NCBI GenBank assembly: GCA_965205025.1
Contig: CBDBFU010000032.1
Span: 128,001 to 192,000 of the forward strand
Direction of reading: 5' to 3'
DNA from: Candidatus Poribacteria bacterium
GTDB taxonomy: Bacteria > Poribacteria > WGA-4E > WGA-3G
Length of the DNA: 64,000 nucleotides
Position numbers and translations under genes: made by a program. Positions 19,647 through 30,855 of the stretch are shown piece by piece. Under the pieces are notes generated by a model. It was given only the letters and a program-made list of their open reading frames with translations, was not told the DNA's origin and did no database searches. Position 1 is the first letter of the stretch. Every line of letters starts with the position of its first letter.

Positions 19647-20729
19647 TTGATGAAGAAGTTTATTCTCCTAATTCTTTCCATTCTCATATTAGGTATTATT
19701 TCCTACTTCTTTTATTCCCGTTTAGTATTTAATCCTACTCCCATTCTCGTTAATATACCACCCTCAATACCCCATGAGCATGTTACTCCAGAAGGGGAAT
19801 CCGTTAAACATATTCATACCTATGACCTATCTTTTGAACAGCCAAAATTATATAGGGAAATCCCTGCAACAGATATACTAAAGAAACACCCTATCCAGCT
19901 TGAATGGGAACGGATTGACCTTCAAATGATCCGTGAGAAGTATCAACCCTATACTGTATCAGAAATGAAGAATAAATGGTATCAAGTATATAGGAATGAA
20001 TTTGGATCAAATTATCCAACGAAATTAGACAAAGCATACCCTCAAGAAAAATGGCTTAAACAAAATTTGGAATTAGGACAACCATTAGCAGAATACATGG
20101 ATTATAGAGTAGTAATGCAACGGAGAATATATATGATAAATAGACGTGATTTATGGAGGGTTGTTAGTCCAGAGAAAAAGGAAGCTATGCGAAATAGTCT
20201 ACAATTACCACTATATATTGATACCTGGAGAGAGTACGAAGATGCCTATCTTAAGTTCTGGATTGTTGCTTCGTACGAATCCTTGGTATCAGACAAAATG
20301 GAAACTGTTTCTGCTTATGTAGTGAATAAGGAGTTTTTCTCAAAATTCACTGGTGGACGGCTTAGTCGGAAAGAGAAATATGACTTGATGGTGTATGGGG
20401 TGATTCCTGATGGGAAAAACATCGTATATTATAAATCAGATGGTGAGATTCTACCACCACGTGTAAAACCTCGTTATTACGAACGCTATATGGTAGAATT
20501 AAATCAAGCACAAAAAAACGTAGATAAGATGATTAGGGATCATCAAAGTTTTTTTCAATCCAGCAAAAAGGAAAGAAGAAAAACAAAACTTAAAAATCCA
20601 GTAGCCTTCTCATTGTTAAAGGAACTTCATTGGGGTGAATATCCAGATGATCTTCAGACTTTAGAGAAAGCGATTACTAAACTTGAAGAAATACGGACTG
20701 ATGGGGAAGCAAAGATACATAAAAGGTGA
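19647..20729 (+). CDS. Hypothetical protein with an N-terminal membrane anchor
   Basis: Long ORF beginning MKKFILLILSILILGIISYFFY; no recognisable domain. Confidence 0.65.
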   Translation: MMKKFILLILSILILGIISYFFYSRLVFNPTPILVNIPPSIPHEHVTPEGESVKHIHTYDLSFEQPKLYREIPATDILKKHPIQLEWERIDLQMIREKYQPYTVSEMKNKWYQVYRNEFGSNYPTKLDKAYPQEKWLKQNLELGQPLAEYMDYRVVMQRRIYMINRRDLWRVVSPEKKEAMRNSLQLPLYIDTWREYEDAYLKFWIVASYESLVSDKMETVSAYVVNKEFFSKFTGGRLSRKEKYDLMVYGVIPDGKNIVYYKSDGEILPPRVKPRYYERYMVELNQAQKNVDKMIRDHQSFFQSSKKERRKTKLKNPVAFSLLKELHWGEYPDDLQTLEKAITKLEEIRTDGEAKIHKR

Positions 20730-20929
20730 AATTTCTTCAAAAACTGTCTGATTCCTATTCAATTGATATATTGCTTTTTTAATGTTAAATTAAGTATCAT
20801 TAACACCTAATGTCCATAACTCTAATCACGTTCTATCGTTGTATTTTTTCAGTTATTTAAAACATGATGTGGTCTTACGATATAATCCCTATTAAATGGA
20901 GAAACCGTTATATTTGGTAATTAATCTAC

Positions 20930-22813
20930 ATGGCAAAAATAAAAATTCTATCATCAGATGTTGCGAATAAAATCGCTGCAGGAGAAGTTGTCGAACGTCC
21001 TTCCTCTGTTGTAAAAGAACTTATTGAAAATGCAATTGACGCTGAGAGTACAAGTATTAGAGTAGAAATCCGAGCTGGTGGAAAAGCACTGATCCGTGTT
21101 TCAGATAATGGTATCGGTATGGAACGTGAGGATGCTTTACTGGCAATAGAACGACATGCAACAAGTAAAGTGAGTCAAATTGAGGATCTTGAGAATATCC
21201 ATACATTTGGATTTCGGGGTGAAGCATTGGCAAGTATTGCGTCTGTTTCTGAATTTGAACTTCTTACACGCACTCCTGATGCAATTCAAGGGACCCAGAT
21301 AAATGTTGATGGTGGTGTATTTCGATCGGTTGAAGAGAGTGGTTGTTCACCAGGAACACATATTTCGATTAGCAATCTTTTCCATAATGTCCCCGCACGT
21401 CTTAAGTTTCTTAAGACAGATACCACAGAAATTAACCATATAACTAACCATGTAACATGGGCAGCATTAGCACATCCGACGATTCATTTTTCTTTGACAC
21501 ATAATACAAAGACGATCTTAGATGTACGTGCTTGCGATTCCTATTTGGAAAGAACAAGACTATTGTATGGTAAAGATTTTGCTGATAATGTAATTGAATT
21601 TCAAGAGGAATTATCCGAATTCAATGTATCAGGACTCTTAGGAAAACCTGATTTTACTAAGACAAATCGTGAATATCAACTCTTTTTCATGAATCAACGT
21701 CCGATACGGAGTCAGATGCTTGGAGCAGCATTAAGGGAAGGGGTAAGCGCGACAGTACAAAAAGATCGACATGCAGTCGCATTTCTTTTTATGACTCTTG
21801 AACCTGATAAAGTTGATGTGAATGTGCATCCTGCTAAAATAGAAGTACGGTTCAGAAACGAACGTACAATATTTAGTGGAATTGTTAAGGTTTTACGGAG
21901 TGTGATAAATAGAGAGAAATTCATACCTAAAATAGAAACTCCTATAGAAACATCTGAAGAGAAAACACCTGAAGAATTACATCCAGATCCAATACCAGTT
22001 TCTACAACTACCCAACCACAATCCAAAACAACGACTTCAACAGATCATAGAATTGAACCTATCAACACATCTGAACCGATAGAGGAACGTATTGAAACAG
22101 TTGAACCTAAATCTGTAGAAACAGAAGCACAACCTGAAGAAGAAACTAAACCTACAAGTAAGGTTTCAGGAACTACCGTTGTTCACCCACAACAATCAAT
22201 ACCAGATGGTGTAAAACTAAAACTACTTGATTTTGAAAATGTCGAACTGAAGACAAATCTATTTAAGACCTATATTGTCGCTGAAGGTGAAGATAGAATC
22301 TTCTTTATTGATCAACACGTTGCTGCGGAACGTGTTCTATATGAACGATTTGTCAATCAGTTAAAAACTGATGGCATCCCAGTACAAGGTCTTCTACTAC
22401 CCATTACTTTAGAAGTGACTCCTCAACAGATTGGTATACTAAAGGTTCATGGAGAGTTATTCAAAAAAATTGGGTTTGATTTAGAAGACTTTGGTGGAAA
22501 TACCATCCTTATCCGAGCTATCCCATCAACACTTCCTACCCGATCAGCAGGACAAACTGTCACAGATCTTCTTGATAAACTCCCAGAACAACCACATTCT
22601 GAAGTGGAAATTCCCAAAGCAATTGATGATGCGCTGATTACGTTAGCCTGTCAATCAGCAGTAAAGGCTGGTGATACCTTGGACACTAAAGAAATGATTA
22701 ACCTCATTCGGGAGTTATCATACGCCAAACTCCCTTTCAATTGTCCTCATTCCAGACCAATCATCATAGAAATGGGTCGTGATGAATTGGAACGTCGTTT
22801 TCATCGATCCTAA
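20930..22813 (+). CDS. mutL: DNA mismatch repair endonuclease MutL
   Basis: IAAGEVVERP, GFRGEAL, DVNVHPAK, and endonuclease motifs DQHVAAER, ACQ and CPHSRP. Confidence 0.97.
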   Translation: MAKIKILSSDVANKIAAGEVVERPSSVVKELIENAIDAESTSIRVEIRAGGKALIRVSDNGIGMEREDALLAIERHATSKVSQIEDLENIHTFGFRGEALASIASVSEFELLTRTPDAIQGTQINVDGGVFRSVEESGCSPGTHISISNLFHNVPARLKFLKTDTTEINHITNHVTWAALAHPTIHFSLTHNTKTILDVRACDSYLERTRLLYGKDFADNVIEFQEELSEFNVSGLLGKPDFTKTNREYQLFFMNQRPIRSQMLGAALREGVSATVQKDRHAVAFLFMTLEPDKVDVNVHPAKIEVRFRNERTIFSGIVKVLRSVINREKFIPKIETPIETSEEKTPEELHPDPIPVSTTTQPQSKTTTSTDHRIEPINTSEPIEERIETVEPKSVETEAQPEEETKPTSKVSGTTVVHPQQSIPDGVKLKLLDFENVELKTNLFKTYIVAEGEDRIFFIDQHVAAERVLYERFVNQLKTDGIPVQGLLLPITLEVTPQQIGILKVHGELFKKIGFDLEDFGGNTILIRAIPSTLPTRSAGQTVTDLLDKLPEQPHSEVEIPKAIDDALITLACQSAVKAGDTLDTKEMINLIRELSYAKLPFNCPHSRPIIIEMGRDELERRFHRS

Positions 22814-22837
22814 CATTCAAATTGGTCCATAATAGAG

Positions 22838-24754
22838 ATGATGAATCTTACACGAACTACAATCGCGTTATTAATGACTATTTATTTTATAACATATAAT
22901 GTTAATGCAGATGATTTCTCAACATGGGAACTCCCTGAAGGTGCGGTTATGCGTCTTGGTAAGAGTCGGATAAGTGGAAATTTTGCTTTCTCACCGGATA
23001 GCACACGACTTGCAGTAGCCAGTGAAATTGGGATCTGGATTTATGATGTCCGATTGGATAATAAACCGAAAGAACTTATGCTCCTCACGGGTCATCAAAA
23101 TGGTGTTAAGAGGGTTGTTTTCTCACCTGATGGGAAAACCATTGCAAGTGGGGGTTCGGATCATACTGTTCGTTTATGGAATGCTGGAAATGGAGAGCAG
23201 GGGTATAGAATGGAAGGACACCCGTGGATAATCTCAGCATTAGCGTTCTCTCCTGATGGAAAAACACTTGCTTCAGCAAACGAACATTATGAGGATGGTA
23301 CGAGAATAATTGAATCGGAGATTAGATTGTGGGATGTAGAAAATGGACAACATATCACGACACTGAAAGGACATACAGATACGATCACATCATTATCATT
23401 TTCAATGGATGGTAAGACATTGGGAAGTGGTGGGAATGATAATGCTGTCTTATTGTGGAATATTGAGACTGAACAAATGACACCCTTATATGCTGAACAT
23501 GATAATAGCGTAAATTTTGTTGGATATACATCAGATGGCAACTCATTAATTACGGGGAGTTCGGATAACACTGTTAAAGTATGGGATGCTAAACGTGGAT
23601 ATAACAAATTAACAATAAAACTGAATCCATTGTTTGATTTATCAATAGTTGCAGTATCTCCTGATACCAAGACTATCGCTACTGGTGATTATGAGGCAAT
23701 TAAATTATGGAATTCAGAAACAGGTGAATTCAAAACAACAATCAAATCAAATGATTATAATATCTATAACTTATCATTCTCTCCTGATGGTAAAATTCTG
23801 GCATCTAAGGGATTTGGTGAAAATGTGATGTTATGGGATTTAGAAAAACTTAATCATAAGTCAACAATTGAGGGACATGGTGGTTCAGTCCTTTCTATAG
23901 CATATTCACCTGTTGGAAATACGATTGCTTCTGTGGGTAAGGGTAGAGCAGGTCTTTTATGGGATACACAGACTGGACAAAACAAAGCTGCCCTTAAAGG
24001 GTACTTTGCCTCTGTACTTACGTCAGTAGCCTACTCACCAGATGGGAATACCATTGCTACTGGAGGTAAGATGAAAAGAGTATTATTCTGGGAAGGACGG
24101 AAACGGATTTTACAGACATATTCAAGAAAACCGAAATCAGAAAGAATTGAAACCAGAGAAAATATAAATTCTATAGCATATTCCCCTGATGGTGATACAC
24201 TTGCTATAGGACTTACAGACAACACGGTCCGGTTATGCAACGCAAAGTTAAAAAAGGAAAGAAGAAAATTGGCAGGACATACAGATAATGTTACATCAGT
24301 CGATTTCTCCCCTGATGGTAGTATCCTTGCAAGTGGGAGTCAAGATACCACAATTAGTTTGTGGAACCTACACACAAAAGAACATGTGGCTAGACTTGAT
24401 GGACATAAAGCACGAATCACATCAGTTGCTTTTTCTCCTGATGGTACCACACTCGCGAGTGCAAGTGCTGATAATCATGTTTTCCTATGGAATGTTGAAT
24501 CCGAAGATATAAAATTGAAAATTGGAGAAAATAATTGGCAATTTCTGAGTGTTTCATTCTCCCCAGATGGTTCAAAAATTGTTACAGGGGATCGAAGAGG
24601 TCTTGTTCAGTTGTGGGATACAACAACTGGTAATCTAATACACACTTACAAAGGACATTCACAGGATGCAAATACAGTGAAATTCTCTCCTGATGGAAAG
24701 ACAATTGCCAGTGGTGGTAATGAAGGGACAGTCCTTGTTTGGAATCTGCCATAA
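22838..24754 (+). CDS. Secreted WD40-repeat protein
   Basis: Signal peptide, WELPEGAVMRLGK and many GH...FSPDG.TLASG..D.TV.LW repeats. Confidence 0.93.
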   Translation: MMNLTRTTIALLMTIYFITYNVNADDFSTWELPEGAVMRLGKSRISGNFAFSPDSTRLAVASEIGIWIYDVRLDNKPKELMLLTGHQNGVKRVVFSPDGKTIASGGSDHTVRLWNAGNGEQGYRMEGHPWIISALAFSPDGKTLASANEHYEDGTRIIESEIRLWDVENGQHITTLKGHTDTITSLSFSMDGKTLGSGGNDNAVLLWNIETEQMTPLYAEHDNSVNFVGYTSDGNSLITGSSDNTVKVWDAKRGYNKLTIKLNPLFDLSIVAVSPDTKTIATGDYEAIKLWNSETGEFKTTIKSNDYNIYNLSFSPDGKILASKGFGENVMLWDLEKLNHKSTIEGHGGSVLSIAYSPVGNTIASVGKGRAGLLWDTQTGQNKAALKGYFASVLTSVAYSPDGNTIATGGKMKRVLFWEGRKRILQTYSRKPKSERIETRENINSIAYSPDGDTLAIGLTDNTVRLCNAKLKKERRKLAGHTDNVTSVDFSPDGSILASGSQDTTISLWNLHTKEHVARLDGHKARITSVAFSPDGTTLASASADNHVFLWNVESEDIKLKIGENNWQFLSVSFSPDGSKIVTGDRRGLVQLWDTTTGNLIHTYKGHSQDANTVKFSPDGKTIASGGNEGTVLVWNLP

Positions 24755-24936
24755 TTATTAGTACATCAGGTTTGAAATATAATGTCCTTTGTAGGTTTAA
24801 GCATCCTATTTTATTACTAAATACATTTAGGAATTGACTTTTCCTTCTGACTTGTTCATTGTTATATTCCCTGTTTAACCCGAAATTCATTATACGCTAA
24901 CTAACTTACCTTGAAAGTACTAAATTAGAAAGTATT

Positions 24937-26850
24937 ATGAAGTTATTTAAAATCCTATTAATTTCCTCTTTCTTAGGTTGGTTTTTTCAAATAACTGCCA
25001 CAGGAGCAGATTACACCACATTGAGTTTGCCTGAAGGAGCAATAAAACGACTTGGGAAAGGTGTAATTACCGGAAATGTGGCTTTTTCTCCTAATGGTTT
25101 TCATCTTGCTGTTGGTAGTTCAATCGGTATATGGATTTATGAAATACGTGAGGATATGGTAAAAGAAATAGATCTTCTCACTGGACATACTGATAGTGTA
25201 TATACGTTAGCATATTCTCAGAATGGGAGGATGCTTGCGTCAGGAAGTTGGGATCATACGATACGATTGTGGGATGGACAAACAGGCATACTCATAGATA
25301 CACTTGAAGGACATACAGACAAAGTCAATTGTGTTGTATTTTCAGGAGATGGAAAAATACTTGCAAGTGGAAGTAAAGATAAAACAGTTAAACTTTGGGA
25401 CATAGAGACAGGGGACGTTAGTTATACAAATATAGACCATACTGACAGTGTTACTTCAGTGGCATTTTCTCCAGATGGTAATATCCTTGCAAGTGGAAGT
25501 AAAGATAAAACCATACGAATGATAAATGTACAAACAAAAGACCATATTACAACAATAAAAGAACATACCCATGAGGTTACAACTATTGCATTTTCTCCTG
25601 ATGGCAATATACTTGCAAGTGGTGGTAAAGACAAGACAATCCGTCTGTGGGATATTCAAAAAAATGAATCTATGATTCTACTTAGTGAAGATATAGGTAT
25701 AGTGAATACTTTGATATATTCTCCTGAAGGAAATCGATTGGCAAGTATGGATATGCAAAATGTCATACATTTATGGAACGGAAAAACAGGACAACACCAG
25801 TCTTCATTTAGAGTAAAGACTGCAATAGGTAAATATAAGTCAACAATAGTAGGTCATTCGGCTCCTATCCGGTCTTCAGTGGCAATTACGCCAGATGGAA
25901 ACATAATCGCAAGTGTAACTTGGGACAATATTATACGATTATGGGATACGCATACAAAGGAACTAATTCACCAAATCACTGGACATACGGATATAGTTAA
26001 CTCAATTGCATATTCTAATGAAAATATGATTGCTGCGGGTTATGAAGATGGCACAATGGTGTTGTGGGATATTGATTCTGAAACCAGCAAAACATACTTA
26101 GGTCATACAAGTTCTGTGCAATCTGTGGACATATCATCTGATGGAAACATGATTGCAACAGGAAGTAATGACTTAACCTTACGGCTGTGGGACACCAAAA
26201 CAGAAATGGAAATCACCACATTTAAAGAACATACTATAAATGTGTATACTGTTGCATTTTCTCCAGATGGCAGCAAAATTGTATCAGGCAGCTACGACAA
26301 AACAGTTCGACTATGGGATATAGATGCAAAACAGCATCTTGCGACTTTTGTTGGACATACACAACCAGTTGTGTCAGTTGCATTTTCACCAGACGGTTCC
26401 ACAGTTGCAAGTGCAAGTTTTGACGAGACAATATGTTTATTGGATTCAGACACACTTACAGATAAAGCAACACTTACAGATAAAGCAACACTTAGAGGAC
26501 ATCGTGGAATACTGACCTCTGTTAAGATTTCACCAGATAACTCAACAATCGCTTCGGGTGGTACAGATTCAAGAGTATGGCTATGGGATACACAAACCTA
26601 TGAACATAAGACTACTCTCATTGGACATACATCAACCGTTACAACACTTGACTATTCTCCTGATGGTAATCTGATAGTTACGGGTAGTTGGGATAAGACA
26701 ATTCGTTTCTGGCATGCTTCTTTTGGAAAACATATAACTACATTTACAGGACATACCATAGGTGTTACCTCAGTAGTGTTTTCTTCAAATGGCAATACTA
26801 TTGCGAGTGGTAGTTATGATGGCACAATACTAATTTGGAAGATTCAATAA
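24937..26850 (+). CDS. Secreted WD40-repeat protein (tandem paralog)
   Basis: Signal peptide, LSLPEGAIKRLGKG and about 14 WD40 repeats. Confidence 0.93.
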   Translation: MKLFKILLISSFLGWFFQITATGADYTTLSLPEGAIKRLGKGVITGNVAFSPNGFHLAVGSSIGIWIYEIREDMVKEIDLLTGHTDSVYTLAYSQNGRMLASGSWDHTIRLWDGQTGILIDTLEGHTDKVNCVVFSGDGKILASGSKDKTVKLWDIETGDVSYTNIDHTDSVTSVAFSPDGNILASGSKDKTIRMINVQTKDHITTIKEHTHEVTTIAFSPDGNILASGGKDKTIRLWDIQKNESMILLSEDIGIVNTLIYSPEGNRLASMDMQNVIHLWNGKTGQHQSSFRVKTAIGKYKSTIVGHSAPIRSSVAITPDGNIIASVTWDNIIRLWDTHTKELIHQITGHTDIVNSIAYSNENMIAAGYEDGTMVLWDIDSETSKTYLGHTSSVQSVDISSDGNMIATGSNDLTLRLWDTKTEMEITTFKEHTINVYTVAFSPDGSKIVSGSYDKTVRLWDIDAKQHLATFVGHTQPVVSVAFSPDGSTVASASFDETICLLDSDTLTDKATLTDKATLRGHRGILTSVKISPDNSTIASGGTDSRVWLWDTQTYEHKTTLIGHTSTVTTLDYSPDGNLIVTGSWDKTIRFWHASFGKHITTFTGHTIGVTSVVFSSNGNTIASGSYDGTILIWKIQ

Positions 26851-26884
26851 AGCTGCTCGGTGGACTGTCATGACCCTTATATAT

Positions 26885-28768
26885 TTACAATACCCAAACT
26901 GCCATTTGTCCTGCACCACGATTACTCCAAGCATAGTAGGGTATCGCGGTAACATCAATTTTATTCGAAATAGGTTTTGATAGGTAGAGTTGATTATCCC
27001 AATCGGATGCATCATATACTAAACCTGTTCCTTTTAACAACGTAACACCATTCAAGAACTCATTATTGTATTCTGCGTGAATTGAAGCATCATCGAAAAG
27101 AGATAACGTTTCAAAAGCTCCATCGGAGTTATCAATATCTTCAAAACAGTAAAGTAAGGGACCACGTTGTAAGGCGGATCGACCAAGATTATCTCTTACA
27201 TTGGGATGTGCAAAAATCCTATCAACTGGCATATCCATTTTCAATTCAACAATATCACCAGACTTCCATTGTCTATTAACGGTTAGATATCCCGATGAAG
27301 TTCCTGTATTATTAAGTCCTTCTCCATTAACAGTAATTGAATGATTTTTACACCAGCCGGGAATACGTAAATTGAGTGTGAAGGAAGTTGATTTTTCAGG
27401 ATTAACTGTTATTCTTACATATCCTGACCATGGATAATCGGTCTCTTGGGTTAATTTCAATGACACATCACTTGTAAGTGTTGTCGAAGCAGAACCACCA
27501 ACATATAGGTTTACCCATATATCATCTTCGGATTGAGCATAGATATACTCACCTAAAGATCCGAACAAACGCGCAATATTTGGAGGACAACATGCACACC
27601 CAAACCAAGGACTACGTTCTCTACCACCCCGACTTGCTAATGGATTCTGATAGAAGAAACCCGTACCATCAAGAGATACTCCAGACAACGCACCATTATA
27701 TAGGGCAGTTTCTAAGACATCCATATACCGTGAAATACCCTTTAATAGGAACATTCGGTGTGCCCAAAAGATTAATCCTATGGATGCACAAGTTTCAGCA
27801 TAGGCAGAAAAATTTGGTAACTCATAATCTTGTGTGAAACCTTCATTGTGTCCTGACGGACCCACACCACCTGTGATATATAATCTTTTTTCCACATTTT
27901 GCCAAAGTGCTTCAAGTGCATCTGTAATCTCACTATCTCCGGTCTCATTGGCAATATCTGCAGCACCAGCATATAGATACATTGCTCTAACAGCATGCCC
28001 GACACATTCTTTCTGATCTTTTAGGGGTAGATGTGCCTGTGAATATGTGCCTTCATATTTGCCATCACGTGTGTAATGATGTTGGTATGCCCCTAATCCA
28101 CCAGGTAAATCTGGATTCTCTAATTCTTTTTCAAACACATGCGGTGATTGACCACGTGTCTTTACAAAGTATTCCGATAGTGCCATATAACGTTTTTCAC
28201 CAGTTACACGTGCTAATTTTACTAAGGCAAGTTCTATTCCTTGGTGTCCAGGGAACCCATCCCGTTTTCCTGGTCCGAAAGTATTGTCAATAAGATCAGC
28301 AAAACGACAAGCGACATCAAGTAATTTATCACTCCCAGTCGCTTGGTAATGTGCAACCCCTGCTTCAAATAGATGACCAGCACAATATAATTCATGCATC
28401 ATACCAAGATTTTGCCATCTCTTTTCTGGTTCAACCAGAGTAAAATAGGAATTGAGATACCCGTCATCCTGCTGGCTTTTTGCAATTGTGTCTATCACCT
28501 CATTCAGTTCTTCTTCCCATTCGGGATTTGGGTGTGTGTGAAGAGTATAAGATGCAGCTTCAATTAATTTATGAACATCGGAATCATTGAAAAAAATCCC
28601 TTCAAAGTTGCCTTCCATTAATCCTGCTGCTTTAGCAAAATTGCTTATTCTTCCAGTTATCCTGCACTGTTCAAGTTCGTGAGGAATTGTTTTCTCAGAA
28701 TTCGTCTTTAGACGCGGTGACCAGAAACGGTCATTTATAGTAACATTTGTAAATGGAATTGCTTTCAA
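26885..28768 (-). CDS. Glycoside hydrolase family 127 (beta-L-arabinofuranosidase-like)
   Basis: HELYCAGH, GHAVRAMY, YAETCASIG, CACCPPN and IPYYAW.NRG motifs. Start is TTG 28768 after gaggtg, or GTG 28777. Confidence 0.93.
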   Translation of the reverse strand: MKAIPFTNVTINDRFWSPRLKTNSEKTIPHELEQCRITGRISNFAKAAGLMEGNFEGIFFNDSDVHKLIEAASYTLHTHPNPEWEEELNEVIDTIAKSQQDDGYLNSYFTLVEPEKRWQNLGMMHELYCAGHLFEAGVAHYQATGSDKLLDVACRFADLIDNTFGPGKRDGFPGHQGIELALVKLARVTGEKRYMALSEYFVKTRGQSPHVFEKELENPDLPGGLGAYQHHYTRDGKYEGTYSQAHLPLKDQKECVGHAVRAMYLYAGAADIANETGDSEITDALEALWQNVEKRLYITGGVGPSGHNEGFTQDYELPNFSAYAETCASIGLIFWAHRMFLLKGISRYMDVLETALYNGALSGVSLDGTGFFYQNPLASRGGRERSPWFGCACCPPNIARLFGSLGEYIYAQSEDDIWVNLYVGGSASTTLTSDVSLKLTQETDYPWSGYVRITVNPEKSTSFTLNLRIPGWCKNHSITVNGEGLNNTGTSSGYLTVNRQWKSGDIVELKMDMPVDRIFAHPNVRDNLGRSALQRGPLLYCFEDIDNSDGAFETLSLFDDASIHAEYNNEFLNGVTLLKGTGLVYDASDWDNQLYLSKPISNKIDVTAIPYYAWSNRGAGQMAVWVL

Positions 28769-28914
28769 GATTATCACCTCAGATAGTTATTGTATAATGA
28801 CTATAAATGCTTATTGGGTTGAGATACATAATTAAAGATATCAATCTATATCTTATGGATTTATTTGAACTATGCATAGGAAGGTAAAATAGTGTGTAAG
28901 TAAGGATAATAGAA

Positions 28915-29589
28915 TCAGCGACTTTTTACTGAAATCTGTGCGAAGGTTTCAATTGGAAGATATTTGCTTAATACCTTCCGTATATTTGCTTCTGACAGTT
29001 GTACACGAGAGATTAATACACACTGATTTCGTGAACTCCTTACAAAAGAAGTTTCAAAATCCTTGTAATCTACCCGGCGTTTTGCATTTCCATTTACCTG
29101 TTGTAGTGATACCTGTTGTGTTTGGTCGCTGTATTCAGAAACCGGTACAATTTCCGATTTTCTCCCGTGGAATTCATACTTAACTATTGGTGCCCACCCT
29201 TGTGCGACAAATGCTTTTAGGATATCTAAGTTACAGTTTGAGATTATTGCACTATGCCTGACATTTGCTCGGTTTCTTACATGAAAATCTTCAAGCCCAC
29301 TTCTGCTACTAACAGATGTAACGGGTGTCTTCAAAGCATCCTTAAGAAAAGTAATCTCCTTTAAGTCAACAATCGCTGCTTTCGGTAGATTCATGGAATT
29401 AGTGCTTTGAGTATTTGTTGTAATTTCAGATGAAGATGTTTCAGGAATAGGTAATCGTTGCGATGGCATTGGACCACAATTAATGGCGAAGAGTGTAATA
29501 GTTAGAAATATAAATAATGGAGGTAATGTAGAAGTGAGGTGTTTTGTTACATATTCATAAGATGAAGATTCATTTAATAGACGTTTCAT
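28915..29589 (-). CDS. Hypothetical lipoprotein
   Basis: Hydrophobic stretch then AINC lipobox; RBS aggag. Confidence 0.6.
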   Translation of the reverse strand: MKRLLNESSSYEYVTKHLTSTLPPLFIFLTITLFAINCGPMPSQRLPIPETSSSEITTNTQSTNSMNLPKAAIVDLKEITFLKDALKTPVTSVSSRSGLEDFHVRNRANVRHSAIISNCNLDILKAFVAQGWAPIVKYEFHGRKSEIVPVSEYSDQTQQVSLQQVNGNAKRRVDYKDFETSFVRSSRNQCVLISRVQLSEANIRKVLSKYLPIETFAQISVKSR

Positions 29590-29631
29590 TGTATCAATTC
29601 TCCTAATAAGATGTTTTATTATAACTGAAAG

Positions 29632-30681
29632 TTAATCGATTTTAACTCTAACTTCTCGTTTTTCTATCCAGGATTCGACAATAGCTTCTGTTATCCGCAT
29701 CGCCTGCAAACCATCACGACCTGTTGGTTCGGGTAATTGATCATTCAGTAAATCATCTACTAAGGCTGCCATCCGTAAAGCAAAAGTTCCATCAAATGCA
29801 AGTTGTTCCATCCTGAATATTGATGGACGATATTCTTCTACAACTTGATTGTCTCTTTTCATGAGTGTAGCTTTACTTAAGACATTATCAACAACAATCT
29901 CTCCCGACGCACCACAGATCTCTAATCGTTCAATTGGATGTATAAAATCGCTATCCCAACTTGCTAATAATGTAGCAACTTTTTCACTGTCATAGCGTAA
30001 AGAAATAGCCATACTTGTAAAGCACGCATCCTCACCATCGCGGGCTTCATGCTGACGGGGTTTTGCCATCTGAACACAAACGGCAACAATCTCTCCTCCA
30101 AACCAACGTAATATATCAAGCGCATGCGTTTGCAATTCATAGAGCAAATAATATTCACCTTTCCACGTTGATGCAGGACCTCCTTGAGAGAGTTTCATAT
30201 CTAAGTAATATACCTCGTCAATATCTCCAGCATCAAACCACTTCCTTGCCTGTACATAGCCTGGAGCAAACCTACGGTTATAGTCAATTGCAAGATATAC
30301 ACCCATTTCATCTGCCTTAGTCACCATCTGTTCCGCTTCATCAATTTTCAATGATAATGGTTTTTCTGATATAACATGCTTTCCTGCATCCAGACATTCC
30401 ATTACAGGTTCAAAATGTAAATGGTCTGCAGTGACTACATCCACAAGATCACATTCTTCATTTTCAAGCATCTCTTTAATTGAAGGATACCACTTCCCAA
30501 TACCGAGTTCTTCTGCACGAGCTTGTGCTTTATCTTTATCTATATCACAAACCGCAACCAATTCAGCACCTTGATGCTGGAGATAACCACGTTGATGTAA
30601 TAATCCAATACCTCCACAACCGACAGCCGCAATCTTCAATTTTCCTGCCATAATCATATCCCTCTTTGTGTTGTTAGTCAC
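29632..30681 (-). CDS. Gfo/Idh/MocA family oxidoreductase
   Basis: VGCGGIG, GKHVISEKP, YNRRF and HALD motifs; the true start is probably a few codons downstream. Confidence 0.92.
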   Translation of the reverse strand: MTNNTKRDMIMAGKLKIAAVGCGGIGLLHQRGYLQHQGAELVAVCDIDKDKAQARAEELGIGKWYPSIKEMLENEECDLVDVVTADHLHFEPVMECLDAGKHVISEKPLSLKIDEAEQMVTKADEMGVYLAIDYNRRFAPGYVQARKWFDAGDIDEVYYLDMKLSQGGPASTWKGEYYLLYELQTHALDILRWFGGEIVAVCVQMAKPRQHEARDGEDACFTSMAISLRYDSEKVATLLASWDSDFIHPIERLEICGASGEIVVDNVLSKATLMKRDNQVVEEYRPSIFRMEQLAFDGTFALRMAALVDDLLNDQLPEPTGRDGLQAMRITEAIVESWIEKREVRVKID

Positions 30682-30802
30682 AAAATATAACTAATCCTAT
30701 ATACATAATAAAAAATATAAAAGAAAATAGCAAGATATATTGGTGGATATAAGATGCTTCATGCGATACTGTTTAAATAAGAATCGCAATTCTTCTCTTC
30801 TG

Positions 30803-30828
30803 TAGGAGCGATCTCCGAATCGCGACCT
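30803..30828 (+). repeat. GTAG-type REP (family also at ~10248-10273 and 61012-61106)
   Basis: gtaggagcgatctccgaatcgcgacc, preceded by tcttctcttct as at 61036-61052. Confidence 0.65.
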
Positions 30829-30855
30829 GTGATGTAGCATTATTTATAGGTCAAG

